Origin: Chiloscyllium plagiosum
Lineage: Eukaryota
Direction of reading: 5' to 3'
Length of the DNA: 64,000 bases
NCBI RefSeq assembly: GCF_004010195.1
Contig: NC_057718.1
Coordinates: 16,770,192-16,834,191, forward strand
The position numbers were made by a program, and so were the translations under genes. Positions 37,986 to 51,070 of the stretch are shown in pieces; the stretch's first letter is position 1, and every line of letters begins with the position of its first letter. The notes beneath the pieces were generated by a model. It was not told the origin of the DNA. It ran no database searches and saw only the letters and a program-made list of their open reading frames with translations.

Positions 37986-39103
37986 TAAAAGGATCATTCC
38001 ATGTTTGGACCACGCAAGTAGCACAAATCAATTTATTTATTCTCATACCAAACAGGCAACTTTCCAGTAGACCATTGTAATCTTTTCATTCGTGAGAGAA
38101 AAGTGAGAGAAAGGGTAACAGAAATCAATCTTATAAATAGTTTCTCAAATATATCCCAATAGAATGAATTGCCAAACCAATAAGGTGTCTGTCAAGTGCT
38201 TATTCAGCACCTATGTAGAACATCAATAGGTTGATTAGCTGTTTACATCTCTCGTAGAAGTGAGAAGAGTGTGAATAAGGACATACTTACAGGAATACAT
38301 AAAATGGGGTAGGTTTCTTCTGTAGCACAATGGCTCACAATAAAGTCAGTGATACTGAAGAAAATCAAAAATATTACTAAAACATGAAAAATCAAGTGAA
38401 AACCTCATATTTTTGTTAAATCAACTGAGCTTAGGAATTTGCTGCACAAATATGCTTACCATTACCAAATAAAAATCAAACAATACTGTGGCAGACAAAT
38501 CAATGTGAGAAAGTACAAGATTATTCAGGTTGGATCCAAGAAAGAGTAATCAGATTTCTTTCTAAAAGATGAGAAGCTGGACACTGTTGAAAGAATTACA
38601 GGAATTATTAAAAACCAGTGGACAGATACACAAAAACGTGCAATGAAATCTTATTATCTCGAACTGGCCAGAATACAAAGGAATGGAAATTATCCTGCAG
38701 TTGTATGGAACTGTAGTACTGCATCCAGTTCCTCATAATGTACTTCAGGAAGATGTACTGACCTTGAAGTGAATGCAGCGCAGATTCACCAGAGCAATAC
38801 AAGCTAAAAAAAGTTAAATTATGGGCACAGGTTTCATAGATTCAAATATAGAAGATTTAGGGCAACCTAATTGAGGTATTTGAGATGGTTAAAGGATTTG
38901 ATAGGGAATTTGGAGATAAACATTTTATTCTTAAAGTAGTCCAGATAAAGTGACATAACCTTGAAGTAGTACTAATCATCTGATCAAGTTTTTTTAAGCA
39001 TTAAGTGTTTTTTGCTCTGTATGTTTTAAAACCAATCCGAGATAGCTCCACAGTATAGAAATCAAATATTGAGTACATTATTGCAACTAACTTATATTAT
39101 TAC

Positions 39104-39168
39104 CTTAGTAATGAAACCCGAGTCTCCAGCGTTTCAGTCTTTCCTTGGTATAGAACATTTAGGTTTTC
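39104..39168 (-). CDS. SDCCAG8: SDCCAG8 coding exon (exon 7 equivalent), 65 bp, phase 0-2
   Basis: Acceptor ctcattttcAG, donor GTaata. ENLNVLYQGKTETLETRVSLL(R) versus recalled human EKLKLTYEEKCEIEESQLKFLR; same 65-bp length as recalled for the human exon. Confidence 0.9.
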
Positions 39169-40019
39169 CTGAAAATGAGAGAGGTAATTATTCCTTCAAG
39201 TTGTTACTGTTTGGAATAAATGTTAACCTTCAATTTTAACACTGCAATTAAAAGGAAGGGAGCATATCCCTAAGATCTTATTTTGTACAAATTTTCTCCT
39301 ATCACAAAGCAATAACTACTGCAGACATACAGACATTGATCACCCTCTCAATTCCTCCCAAGTGCCTAGTCAGTAAGCATTAGCAATTATACAAACCCAG
39401 ATGTAATTCAACTTAATCCAACCCTCACCAGCATTCGCAAACATACACTTTCAAACATAGCCTATACTAACCTACCTAAAATCAGGAACAAGAACCTTAG
39501 TTGATTTTTTAATTCCCTCCCCAGTTTAGGGATCTTGAAACCAAATTATATTGTCCTGCTGTCATTCCAATTGAGGTAATAGAATCAAACTGGAAACCTC
39601 ATGTCAGAGGCTCATTTCACACTACCTTTATCAAATGAACAACCATGAAATCCAACCACCTTGCCTGTGAGAAATTTTAAAATCTTAAATCATAATTTCT
39701 TGATAGTGATGTATTAGACCTAGAGATTGGACTTTGACAATTCATACAATCTTGCTATAATATAAAGGCACAATTTAACAAGATGTTAAATAATTGCACA
39801 AAACAGGGTATACATAAGAACTGGAGCAGGAGTAGACAATTCAGCCACTCAAGCATTCTCCACCATTTGTTATGATCATGACTGATCTCATCTTGGCCTC
39901 AACTCCATTTTCCTGCCTGCTCCCCATAATCCTTCCACCTGTTACGAATTAAAAATCCGTCTCCATTTTAAATTTACTCAATTTCCTGGCATCCATTGCT
40001 CTCTGGGGTAGTGAATTTG

Positions 40020-41621
40020 TACTTGGGGAAATAAATAGTGACGTCTTGAAAAGAGTTCATATTACAGAAGAGGAAGTCCTAAAACATAAAAGTAGATAAA
40101 TTCCCAGGATCTGATCAAGTATTTCCCAGAACTTCTGGGAAGCTAGGGAAGAGACTGTTGCGGTACCCTGCTGAAATATTTGTTTCATCACCAGCTTCAG
40201 GTGAGGTGCTGGAAAACAGCAGGTTGGCTAATGTGATGCCATTATTTATGAAAGACTGTAAGGAAAAGCCAGCGAACTTATAGACTAGTGAGCCTTACTT
40301 CAGTAGTGGTAAGTTGTTGGAGGATATTCTGAGGGACAGGATTTACATGCATTTGGAAAGGCAAGGACTGATTAGGTATAGTCAACATGGCTTTGTGCAT
40401 GGGAAATTATGTCTCACTAACTTGATTGAGTCTTTTGAAGAGGTTACAAAGAAGATTGATGAAGGCAGAGCAATGGACGTTGTCCATATGGACTTCAGCA
40501 AAGTGTTCAACAAAGTTCTACATGGTGGACTGGTTAGATCAAATGGGATCCAGGGGAACTAACAAATTGGATACAAAATTGGCTTGAAGGTAGGAATCAC
40601 TGGTAGTGGTAGAGAGTTGTTTACAGACTGGGGGCCTGTGACAATCGGTGTGCCACAAGGATCTTTGCAGGGTCCACAGCTTTTTGTCATATAGATATTT
40701 AATGATTTGCATGTGAACTTTGGAGGTATGGTAAATATGTTTGCAGATGAGAGCAAAATAGGTGGTATAGTAGACAGTGAAGACTATCTCACAGTACAAC
40801 AGGACCTTGATCAGACCAGCCAATGGGCCAAGGAGTAGAAAATGGAGTCTAATTTAGAGAGATGTGAGGTGCTCCATTTTGGTAAGGCAAACCAGGGCAG
40901 GATCCTAGGGAGTGCTGCCGAACAAAGACACTCTGGACTGTAGGTGCATAGTTCCTTGAAAGTAAAGTCGCAGGTAGAGAGGATGGTGAAGGTGGCATTT
41001 GGCATGCTTGCTTTCATTGGTCAGAACACTGAGTATAGGAGATGAGATGTCATGTTGCAGCTGTTCAGTACATTGGTGAGGCAATTTTTAGAATACTTCT
41101 TACAACTCTGGTCGCCCTCCTATAAGAACGATGTGGTTAAACTTTGAGAAAGTGCAGATAAGATTTACAAGGTTGTTGCCAGGACTGAAGGGTTTGAGTT
41201 ATAGAGGAAGGCTAAGTAGGGGCTTTTTAGACTGGAGCATAGGAGGCTGAGGAGTAACTTTATGGGGTTTATAAAATCACGAGGGACTTGGATAAGGTGA
41301 ATAGCCAGAATCTTTATCCTAGGGTGGGGAGACTAAAATTAGAGGGCATAGATTTAAGGTGAGTGGGAAAAGACTTAAAAAGAATCTGAGGAGTAACTTT
41401 TTCACACAGAAGGTAGTGCATGTATGGAACAAGCTTCCAGACGAAGTGATGGAAACGGGTACCATTACAATATTTAAAAGGCATCTGGATGGGTATATGA
41501 ATAGGTATAGGTTTAGGGGAATATGGGCCAAATGCTGGCAAATGAGACTGGGTCAGATTGGGGAATCTGATCATTGCAGACGAGTTAGGTTGAACTATCT
41601 GTTTCCGTGCTGTCTGACTCT
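40020..41621 (+). mobile_element. CR1-type LINE nested in an older minus-strand CR1 remnant (about 39810-41960)
   Basis: SQHGFVHGKLCLTNLIESFEEVT..MDFSKVFNKV and NFFTQKVVHVWNKLP; ctgactct tail. Confidence 0.92.
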
Positions 41622-42996
41622 AATTGCACAGATTCATAAACCTTTGAGAGCAACAATTTCTCTTCATTTCTGTTTTAAGTCTGCTACCCCTTATCCTAAA
41701 TCTATAACCTCTTATTCCAGACTGCCCCACAAAGAAACATTGTTTCGATGTCTACTGTGTTAATCCCCTTTAGAATCTTCTATATCTCAATTAGATCTCC
41801 CTCATTCTTCTAAACTCCAGAGAGTAAAGGCCTAAACTACTCAACCTCTCTTCATAATATAAGCCTCTTATCTCTGGAATCAATCAAGTGAACCTCCTCT
41901 GAACCGCCTCCAATACAATTACACGCCACCTCAAGGGAACCAAAATCTCCAATACTCTGGGTACTCTGATCATGGACTTCGACAAACCCAACCCCAATAT
42001 CCAACCCTCCAACAATCTTTAGTTTACTTTTCCTTTTTTAGAAGTTTACTGCTACTCATGCTGAGTAGTTCCTCTTTTCCATATCAGATTTCCAATTATG
42101 CTTTTGTTAAATCTCCATGTAAAATCTCACTATGTCCAAGAATAACAAGTTAAACAATCAAATACATTCTACATAATATTTGGATATGGTTGTATGTGTT
42201 TATATTGTTAAATTTGTAAATGTAGAAGGTGAAACAAAAAGAAAATATGGAATGATGAGAATACTTATGTCAGCAATTGTAAAGACAGGAATACATGAAA
42301 CAAAAGCAGTAGCAGGCAAGACAGTCCCTTGACCAAGCTCTTCATTCAATATTATGGTCGGCCATGGGTCTCAACACCACCTTCCTTTCAGACTGTATAT
42401 CTTTTTGTGTTGTTAGAGTCCAATGTCTGTCAACCTAGCCTTGAATGTACTCAATAACTAAACATCCACAACCCTTCTACACGGAAAATTCCAAAGATTC
42501 ACCACAGTCTTGAATGAAGAAATTTCTCCTCAGCCTAGTGCTAAGTGGCTGACCTCGTATCCTGAAATTATGACCCTTAACTCAAGATTCCCTAGCAAAT
42601 GGAGCAATGTCTCTGAATCTATCCTGTCAAAGACTCTTAGAATCATGTAATTTCCAATGAGATCACCTCCTTATAAACTTCAAAAAGTATAGTGTATTCT
42701 ATTCAATGTTACTTTAGAGAACAAACTCAGATGTCTTCTCAGGACTCAACCTTTGTTGTAATAAGAGAAATGAAGTAAGGAGTTAATGGTTTGGGTATCT
42801 GACCCTAAATTAGAAAGATCTCCACTGATCCAATTTTGACAAACAGTTTACAGCTGAAAAATCTGTAACATCTTTTCTCCTTTCAGTTGCTCTCCATTAT
42901 CTTCTGTCAGTTAGAGGGCAGTTGAACATTATTCGTTTTTAAATAGACTTTATACACACAGATGCATCGACAGATACCTATACACAATATACTCAC

Positions 42997-43161
42997 CACT
43001 TCTAGCTGTAACTTTTTTATTTCTTCTGTAACAGTTTTGCTGTCTGGTTGTGTTGGAATACAAGATGACTGATTTTGGTCTTTGGCGAGTGAGACTGGTT
43101 CCAGCACTTTCAGTCTTTCGACGGCCTTTTGGTCCACCGAACAAGTTACTTGTGAATTTGG
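42997..43161 (-). CDS. SDCCAG8: SDCCAG8 coding exon (exon 6 equivalent), 165 bp, phase 0-0
   Basis: Acceptor ctttcccAG, donor GTgagt. Open frame PNSQVTCSVDQKAVERLKVLEPVSLAKDQNQSSCIPTQPDSKTVTEEIKKLQLEV ends in QLEV (human QLEL). Phase fits both neighbours; sequence otherwise poorly conserved. Confidence 0.8.
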
Positions 43162-45121
43162 CTGGGAAAGATTGGGAAAACGTAGGAAATACTTAACATT
43201 TAAAGAAAATTTACATTGATATACATGTCAGGTTTAAATAGGCTTCAGGAAAGAAACTATGGCCTTGGAAAGAATACTGAGGAAGTTTTACCAGAATGGT
43301 ACAAGGAATGAGGGACTTCAGTTGCATAGAGATGCTAGACAAGGTAGGAATTATCAGCAGAGACGATTCAACACTATGAAGAGTTTTGTTAGAATAAATA
43401 AGGAATGTTTCCACTGGCACGAACATTAGTAGCCAGGGGCACAGATTTAAAATAATTTGTAAAACAAACCAAAAAAAAAAGTTTCATTTAAATAAACCTT
43501 ATGATTTGGAATGCACTCACAGAGAAACTGGTAGAATTCAGATTTGTTAGCAATTTTCAAATTGGGAATTGGATAATTACTTGGGAAAGACCAATAAATT
43601 AGGGCTAATTGAACGGTTCTTTCAAAGTACCAGAACAGACATAAGGGGCATTTTGCCTCCTTCTGTGGCATATAACTTTATTTATTCTAAATGTGCCTTG
43701 GCATTTTAGAAGCACGAAGTAGGAACACAGCAGGCAAATGTATGGTAAAGGTCTCAGATATAATGAATCAATTCTTGAGAATTCCAAATGCATTTCAAAT
43801 TAATTAGATCTTTTTAGAATATGCACACAATAAAATTTAGCCTCAAAAATAGTGAAGACTATGACGCTTGCATAAATATGAAGGTGAATACAAAAAAAGC
43901 AAACCAATCTAAATTTTAGTTTTAAGTACAAGGTCACTCAAAAACTTCAGAACACTTCATTAATTTACAGCTTATTTTCTCCATGAACCAAGCAACTCAG
44001 TGCAAGTGTGTCTGAAGAAGAATCTAGTCAGTCCCAATTGCTGCTCTATCCTATTATGCTATAAATTTATTTCCCTGGCTCTTGCAACATTCAACTTTTA
44101 TACGCTCTTGAAAAAGAAGCCACTTACTTCTGCTTTTTCTTGATATTCTTGTATAAACTCAATAGTGTTACAGCACTCCCTACTGCTGTGTTTATATCTT
44201 TAAAATTACATCTGAGTCCATTTGCAAACACAATTTTGTTCTGTTGAAAATATTCTATTATGAACCGACCTATAATTGCATTCAGGATAAGGATATAGAA
44301 AATACATACACATACTGTTGTGATATTAAGATAGGCTAAATGTCTAGTCTAATTCTGCATGTAAATAATATTCTTTGCATCCTAGCATGGATACATTAAC
44401 TCTCAGTTCCTCCTCACATTGATGGCTCAGACAAGTTACCTTCTAGTAAGGAGGTTTCAACTTTAGTACAGGCTTTTCAGTTTGATTTTTTTCTGATTCC
44501 AGAGATCGTAATTTATCATGCAAAATTGCTTTAAGTCCAGCACATGAACACCCAAATAACAAATGCAATAACTAACTGACAAAAATGACAGATTTAGAGC
44601 AGCCCACCTCAGGACTTGGAGTTCAGAAATTCCACCCGCCAACCCCAAAAAAACCCTTCTCTACCATATATACCAACTTCTTCCTAACTACAATCAGTTT
44701 TGAAGGGTCAATGATCCTGAAATGTTAACTCTGTTCTTTTCTCTACAGATGTTGCCTCACCTGCTGAGTTTTTCTAGCAATTTCTGATTTTGTTTTGGAT
44801 TTCCAGCATCTGCAGCCCTTTGGGTTTTTTGTTTAGCGCTCTCACATACAAGTGCGGACTTGGGATGTGTTTAAATGCAGTATTTTTTTGGAGTATAACA
44901 CCAGGGATGATTAGTGTCTTCATGCTACTATTTTCTATACACAGTGCATAAGCAACAAAATATTTCATTCTACTAATTTAGTGATGAAACTCCCATTTGC
45001 AGTATGAGTTTTCATGGATGACTAAGGAATTAGATAACTTCAGAAGCTAACTTTTTCTTAATGTACTAAACTTAAAAACATGTCATTAAATGTTTATACC
45101 TTATCAAGAAATTAGACTTAC

Positions 45122-45247
45122 TGATAAAGGACAGACAGATGGTTCAGTCATAGTGGCCTGAACATTTCTTGATCTTAGTTGCTTGTGAAGTTTTTCATTC
45201 TCAATCACAACAATCTGCACCTGTTCTTTCACATTCAAGAGTTCCTC
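45122..45247 (-). CDS. SDCCAG8: SDCCAG8 coding exon (exon 5 equivalent), 126 bp, phase 0-0
   Basis: Acceptor caattcAG, donor GTaagt. Translates EELLNVKEQVQIVVIENEKLHKQLRSRNVQATMTEPSVCPLS, versus recalled human EELSGMKNKIQVVVLENEGLQQQLKSQ... Confidence 0.92.
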
Positions 45248-45723
45248 CTGAATTGATAAGTTACCAAAATGTGGTAAACAAAATTGTCAAATGTATTGAA
45301 AAACTTAAATAGGAACAATACAATGTTAAGTAATACTTACTTTCTTCTCACTCAACTATAAAATGATAACCCCTCATTACATTATACATAGAATCATTTG
45401 AACATTATTCAGTTAAAACTGTCGAGCTTGGAATCAAATGTGCCGTCATAAATAAACATAGTCTATTATTCAATTATCATACATCACTTGAATAGATAAA
45501 AACATAAAGTATGTCTTCACATCATTCAAAAATGTCCTAACGCAATCCACCTCACTACTTGCTTTACACATTGACACATTAACACTTCATCAGACAATTA
45601 AACCAATATGTAAAATGATTTTTCACGTACACAATTACCACATGATGAGATGAGTTATACAATTATTACACATTTGCTGTTCTAAAGTTCACACTTTATT
45701 ATATCTTAATTTAACATGCAATA

Positions 45724-46077
45724 ATCATAGAATCCCTACAGTGTGGAAGCAGGCCATTCAGCCCATCGAATCCACACCAACCATCCGAAGAGCATCCCAC
45801 CCAAACTCAGCTCTCTAACTTATCTTTGTAAACTTGCATATTCCAAGTCATATTCCATTTAACCTGCACATCCCTGGACACTAGGGCAATTTAGCATAGC
45901 CAATCCACCTAACCTGCACATCTTTGGACTGAGAGAGGAAGCCCAAGCATCCAAAGGAGCCAACACAGACACAGGAAGAACTTGCAAACTCCACACAGAT
46001 AGTCACCTGAGGCTGGAATTGAACTCGGGTCCTTGATACTGTAAGGCAGTGGTGCTTATCACCGAGCCACCATGCCA
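45724..46077 (-). mobile_element. tRNA-derived SINE
   Basis: Same family as 19153-19490 (ggcatggtggctc head, gtgtggagtttgca core). Confidence 0.87.
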
Positions 46078-46852
46078 ATGTTTACATCTGCTTTTGACTA
46101 CACTTTAAGAAATCAATTTATCAAGCTTAAATATGAGAAGACTATTTGTTTCTTGTATTTTATACACAAGTAAATATTTTCTTGCAGAAGCAAATCTATT
46201 TTAACACAAAAAATCTGAAAAAATGTTTGAAATAACTAAACTTTTAAGTCAGAAACCATGAACAATTCGCCATGCTGTTTTCATTTACAACCAACACACC
46301 AAGAATTATGAAGAATTATGAAGTTCCCAACACTTCTGAAATTTATGGTCTGACTGTTGTTCAAATCCCTCTTGCTTTGCAAATGTGGATGTTAACCTTC
46401 TATAGGCTCCGACCACCAGCATTTCATACTGTATAATTTAATATTATTCCTCAATTATTCATGGAAGATTCCAATCTGAAATTGTGGGCTTTAATATTGT
46501 CAATTTGTTAGTGATGTTTTGTAACATGGAGACTTCTTTAATTTCTCCCTTATTCTTTCAATTGGAGAAGAATTCTTAAAAGGTTTCAGTAAAGATGCTT
46601 CATTTCTCTGTCTTCGTGAGAGTTGTTTGATCCTGGAATGCAATGGGATTCATGTGGTAAGGATCTTTGCCAGCTATTTTCAGTTGAATGCATCAGATCT
46701 CATAGTTCCAATATCTTTTCTGTAGTTAACACCTTACTTTCATGCCTAGGTGTGATTGTGTCAGGTTCCTTTCCAAACCTTGTTTTCCATGATTAAACAT
46801 TTGCTCATACTTTTTAAGTGGTTTGTGCTGAGCACTAGTCTATTAACTTAAT

Positions 46853-47177
46853 GATGAGGAGGTGCCAGTGTTGGACTGGGGTGGACAAAGTCAGAAGTCA
46901 CAGGACACCGGGTTATAGTCCGATAGGTTTATTTGAAATCACAAGCTTTTGGAGCACTACTCCTTTGTCAGGTGAAGTCTAGTGAAGTCTCAGGGGTCAG
47001 TGTTAGGACCCTCAACTTTCCTGTCAGATATTAATGACCCAGAACACTGTGTATAGGGTCATTAATATGTTTGAAAATACTTAGAAATCTTCACCTGACA
47101 AAGGAGCGGCATCTGAAAGCTTGTGATTTCAAATAAACCTGTTGGACTGTAACCTGGTGTCATGTACTTCTGATTAC
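46853..47177. mobile_element. Foldback Penelope-derived element enclosing a CR1 RT snippet
   Basis: Inverted arms at about 46891-46978 and 47089-47173; TSD TAACTTAAT at 46844-46852 and 47178-47186. Centre reads QGSVLGP..F..DIND. A related single arm lies at about 9140-9252. Confidence 0.75.
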
Positions 47178-47524
47178 TAACTTAATAGCATGTGTTCATT
47201 GTCTCCATGTTTCCTTCTAGATATATCCTAATTTTGAAGTGGATCTTTCTGATTTTTTTCTCCAACAGAATACTTAATGATTGACTCATTATTCTTCGTG
47301 AATCTTTATTTTTGAACACTTTTAATATCTATGTGTTCTCGCTCGTTATTTATGTTTGTTTCTGCATCTGACCTATATTTCAAAACAGATATTATTACAG
47401 ATGCACAACGAGTCTTCTGCAACTATTCTGTAATCTGATATATTAGGGCAAAGGTCCACATGACTTTTAAACTTTTAAACTAACAAGAAAAAAAAGAGTA
47501 ATATTGTTCTTATATTTCTAATTT

Positions 47525-48428
47525 TGGTTGATAAATTCAATATTCCACACGACACTAAGGTTGGTGGAGTTGTGGATAGTAACGAAGGATGTTGTAGGTT
47601 ACAGAGAGACAGAGATAAGCTGCAGAGCTGGGCTGAGAGGTGGCAAATGGAGTTTGATGCGGACAAGCGTGAGGTGATTCACTTTGGTCGGAGTAACCGG
47701 AATGCAAAGTACTGGGCTAATGGTAAAATTCTTGGTAGTGTAGATGAGCAGAGATCTGTGTCCAGGTACACAGATCCTTGAAAGTTGCCACCCAGGTTGA
47801 CAGGGTTGTTAAGAAGGCATACAATGTTTTAGCTTTTATTAATAGAGGGATCAAATTCCGGAAGCATGTGGTTATGCTACAGCTGTACAAAACTCTGGTG
47901 CGGCCGCACTTGGAGTATTGTGTACAGTTCTGGTCACCACATTATAAGAAGAATGTGGAAGCTTTGGAAAGGGTGCAGAGGAGATTTATTAGAATGTTGC
48001 CTGGTATGGAGAGAAGGTCTTTTGAGGAAAGGCTGAGGGACTTGAGGCTGTTTTCGTTGGAGCGAAGAAGGTCGAGAGGTGACTTAATAGAGACATACAA
48101 GATAATCAGAAGGTTAGATAGGGTGGACAGGGAGAGCCTCTTTCCAAGTATGGTGACGGCGAGCACGAGGGGGCATCGCTTTAAATTGAGGGACGATAAA
48201 TATAGGACAGATGTCAGAGGTAGTTTCTTTACTCAGAGACTAGTAAGGGTATAGAATGCTTTGCCTGCAATGGTCGTAGATTTGCCAACTTTAAGTGCAT
48301 TTAAGTCGTCATTGGACAAGCATATGGACGTACATGGAATAGTGTAGGTTAGATGGGCTTCAGATTGGTATAACTGGTCGGCGCAACATTGAGGGCCTGT
48401 ACTGCGCTGTAATGTTCTATGTTCTATG
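47525..48428 (+). mobile_element. CR1-type LINE 3' part
   Basis: LYKTLVRPHLEYCVQFWSPHYKK..LERVQRRF..RGDLIETYKI; (gttctat)n tail. Confidence 0.95.
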
Positions 48429-49169
48429 ATTGTTCAAATTATTGCAATAAGTCTCTGATGCGTACTTGGAAGTGTACATCAAGTATTAGAAGTGGTTTAT
48501 GTATAAAGTTATGTGACTAATTTGAGTAATTTTTTTTAAAAACATGAACACTTCTACAATTAGACTTTTTGAAAAATATTTCACACAATATCAAATTCAG
48601 TTCAATAATAACTTCTGAGCTCAATATTATTTGCAACCTTTTCATTTGGAAGATATTGGGCTCAGTTTTCTGCAGGATAGATAGATCTGTCCCTCCACAC
48701 TTAAGGTTCAAAATTTCTTTGCAACAAAGTTTCCCAAAGGACAAGTTGAGGGAAACAGAGGGTGGAACTTTATACTGAGGAAATGATTCCACCTCTTCAT
48801 GTGAAAGCTAAAGGCAACTCTGCCTCTTCTTGACTACCTTTCCATGAATATCTACTCCCTCCACTACTGACATTCAATAGCAGCAGTATGGATCACCTAT
48901 AAGATGCACTGGAGAAGTCTACCAAGATTCCCTAGACAGCACATTCCAAACCCGCAACCATTACCCTCTAGAAGGACTAAGGCAGCAGATACATAAGAAA
49001 ACCATAACCTGCAAGTTCCTCTCCAAGCCACTCACCAAAGTCCTGGTATTCCCTCCTTAATAACATTATGGGTCTATCCATAGCACATGGACTTCAGCGG
49101 TTTAAGGAGGCAAGTAGCCACCACCTTCTCAAGGTCAATGGGGGATTAGCAACTAAATGCTGGCGAACA

Positions 49170-49750
49170 GCACAAGGTATAGGGTGCCATCGATTGCACA
49201 CATGTTGCACTGAGAGGGTCATATCACAATGCTGCAGAATTCATCAAGAGGAAGAGGTTCCAATCCATCAATGTCCACATGATTGGTGATCACTGTTACC
49301 ACTTCTCTGAAGTGCATGCTTGCTGTCCTGATAAGACTCCTATATCCTGATGCACTCTCATATATCTGGTATGCCAAATGTCCAAGACCTTTGAAAGGTT
49401 AATTGTTGTGGGACAAGTACTACCCGCTGCAACCCCATGGTTCATGATGCCATTGTGCAACCCCTGACTGATACAGAGTGAAAGTATAATGTCACCCTTG
49501 CTTCATCCAGGGCAGTGGTAGAGCAGATGATGAGGCTGCTGAAGATGTGGTTTCTGGACTTGAATCTGGGGCAACCTCCAGTAGATTCTGCACATCATCA
49601 TAGCATTCTCTGTCACATCTGGAGTAGGCAACAACAGTGAGCTGGATGCTGAGGAACTGCAAAAAGGAAGGAGGACAGGACATTGGGGAGAAAGAAGCAC
49701 TCCTTTTGTGTGGCTCAGCTAAACTTCATTGGGTGCTACAAGCCAGGCAG
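49170..49750 (+). mobile_element. Harbinger/PIF (HARBI1-like) transposase remnant
   Basis: KV*GAIDCTHVALR at about 49175-49217, AEFIKRKRFQSINVHMIGDH and WDKYYPLQP..MMPL. Confidence 0.8.
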
Positions 49751-49914
49751 AACCTGACTAAGACAAAGTTCCAGTCATCATTGGTCATTATATCAGCATT
49801 CAGTTACCATTGTGAGAGCAAACCAAAGCCCCTGTTGTTTTGTGTGTGTTTGGGGGTGAGATTCCAGGCATGTTGGAAGGATCTGATTGGAATGACCTTT
49901 CTCACTACCAAACT

Positions 49915-51070
49915 ATCTATCCTTACTATCAAACCAGCAGACAAGGGAGGCGCGGAAGTAGTTTGGCGCACCGACCTCTACACCGCTGAGGCCAAACGCC
50001 AGCTCGCAGATACCTCCACCTACTGCCCCCTTGACCATGACCCCACCCCCCACCACCAAACCATCATCTCCCAGACCGTCCATAACCTCATCACCTCGGG
50101 GGATCTCCCATCCACCGCCTCCAACCTCATAGTCCCACAACCCCGCACCTCCCGCTTCTACCTCCTGCCCAAAATCCACAAACCTGACTGCCCCGGCCGA
50201 CCCATTGTCTCCGCCTGCTCCTGCCCCACCGAACACATCTCCGCATACCTTGACACCGTCCTGCCCCCCTTAGTCCAAGAACTCCCCACCTACGTCCGGN
50301 NNNNNNNNNNNNNNNNNNNNNNNNNNNNNNNNNNNNNNNNNNNNNNNNNNNNNNNNNNNNNNNNNNNNNNNNNNNNNNNNNNNNNNNNNNNNNNNNNNNN
50401 NNNNNNNNNNNNNNNNNNNNNNNNNNNNNNNNNNNNNNNNNNNNNNNNNNNNNNNNNNNNNNNNNNNNNNNNNNNNNNNNNNNNNNNNNNNNNNNNNNNN
50501 NNNNNNNNNNNNNNNNNNNNNNNNNNNNNNNNNNNNNNNNNNNNNNNNNNNNNNNNNNNNNNNNNNNNNNNNNNNNNNNNNNNNNNNNNNNNNNNNNNNN
50601 NNNNNNNNNNNNNNNNNNNNNNNNNNNNNNNNNNNNNNNNNNNNNNNNNNNNNNNNNNNNNNNNNNNNNNNNNNNNNNNNNNNNNNNNNNNNNNNNNNNN
50701 NNNNNNNNNNNNNNNNNNNNNNNNNNNNNNNNNNNNNNNNNNNNNNNNNNNNNNNNNNNNNNNNNNNNNNNNNNNNNNNNNNNNNNNNNNNNNNNNNNNN
50801 NNNNNNNNNNNNNNNNNNNNNNNNNNNNNNNNNNNNNNNNNNNNNNNNNNNNNNNNNNNNNNNNNNNNNNNNNNNNNNNNNNNNNNNNNNNNNNNNNNNN
50901 NNNNNNNCTCCATGTACAGCGCATCATCCGCCGCCATTTCCGCTACCTCCAAACGGACCCCACCACCAAGGATATATTTCCCTCCCCTCCCCTTTCAGCA
51001 TTCCGTAAAGACCACTCCCTCCGTGACTCCCTCGTCAGATCCACACCCCCCACCAACCCAACCCCGCAGG
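49915..51070 (+). mobile_element. Penelope-like retroelement RT fragment spanning an assembly gap
   Basis: TIKPADKGG..FYLLPKIHKPDCPGRPIVSACSCPTE..LPTYVR before the gap; LHVQRIIRRHFRYLQTDPTTKDIFPSPPLSAFRKDHSLRDSLV after it. Confidence 0.92.
50300..50907. other. Assembly gap (608 N)
   Basis: Run of N. Confidence 1.
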
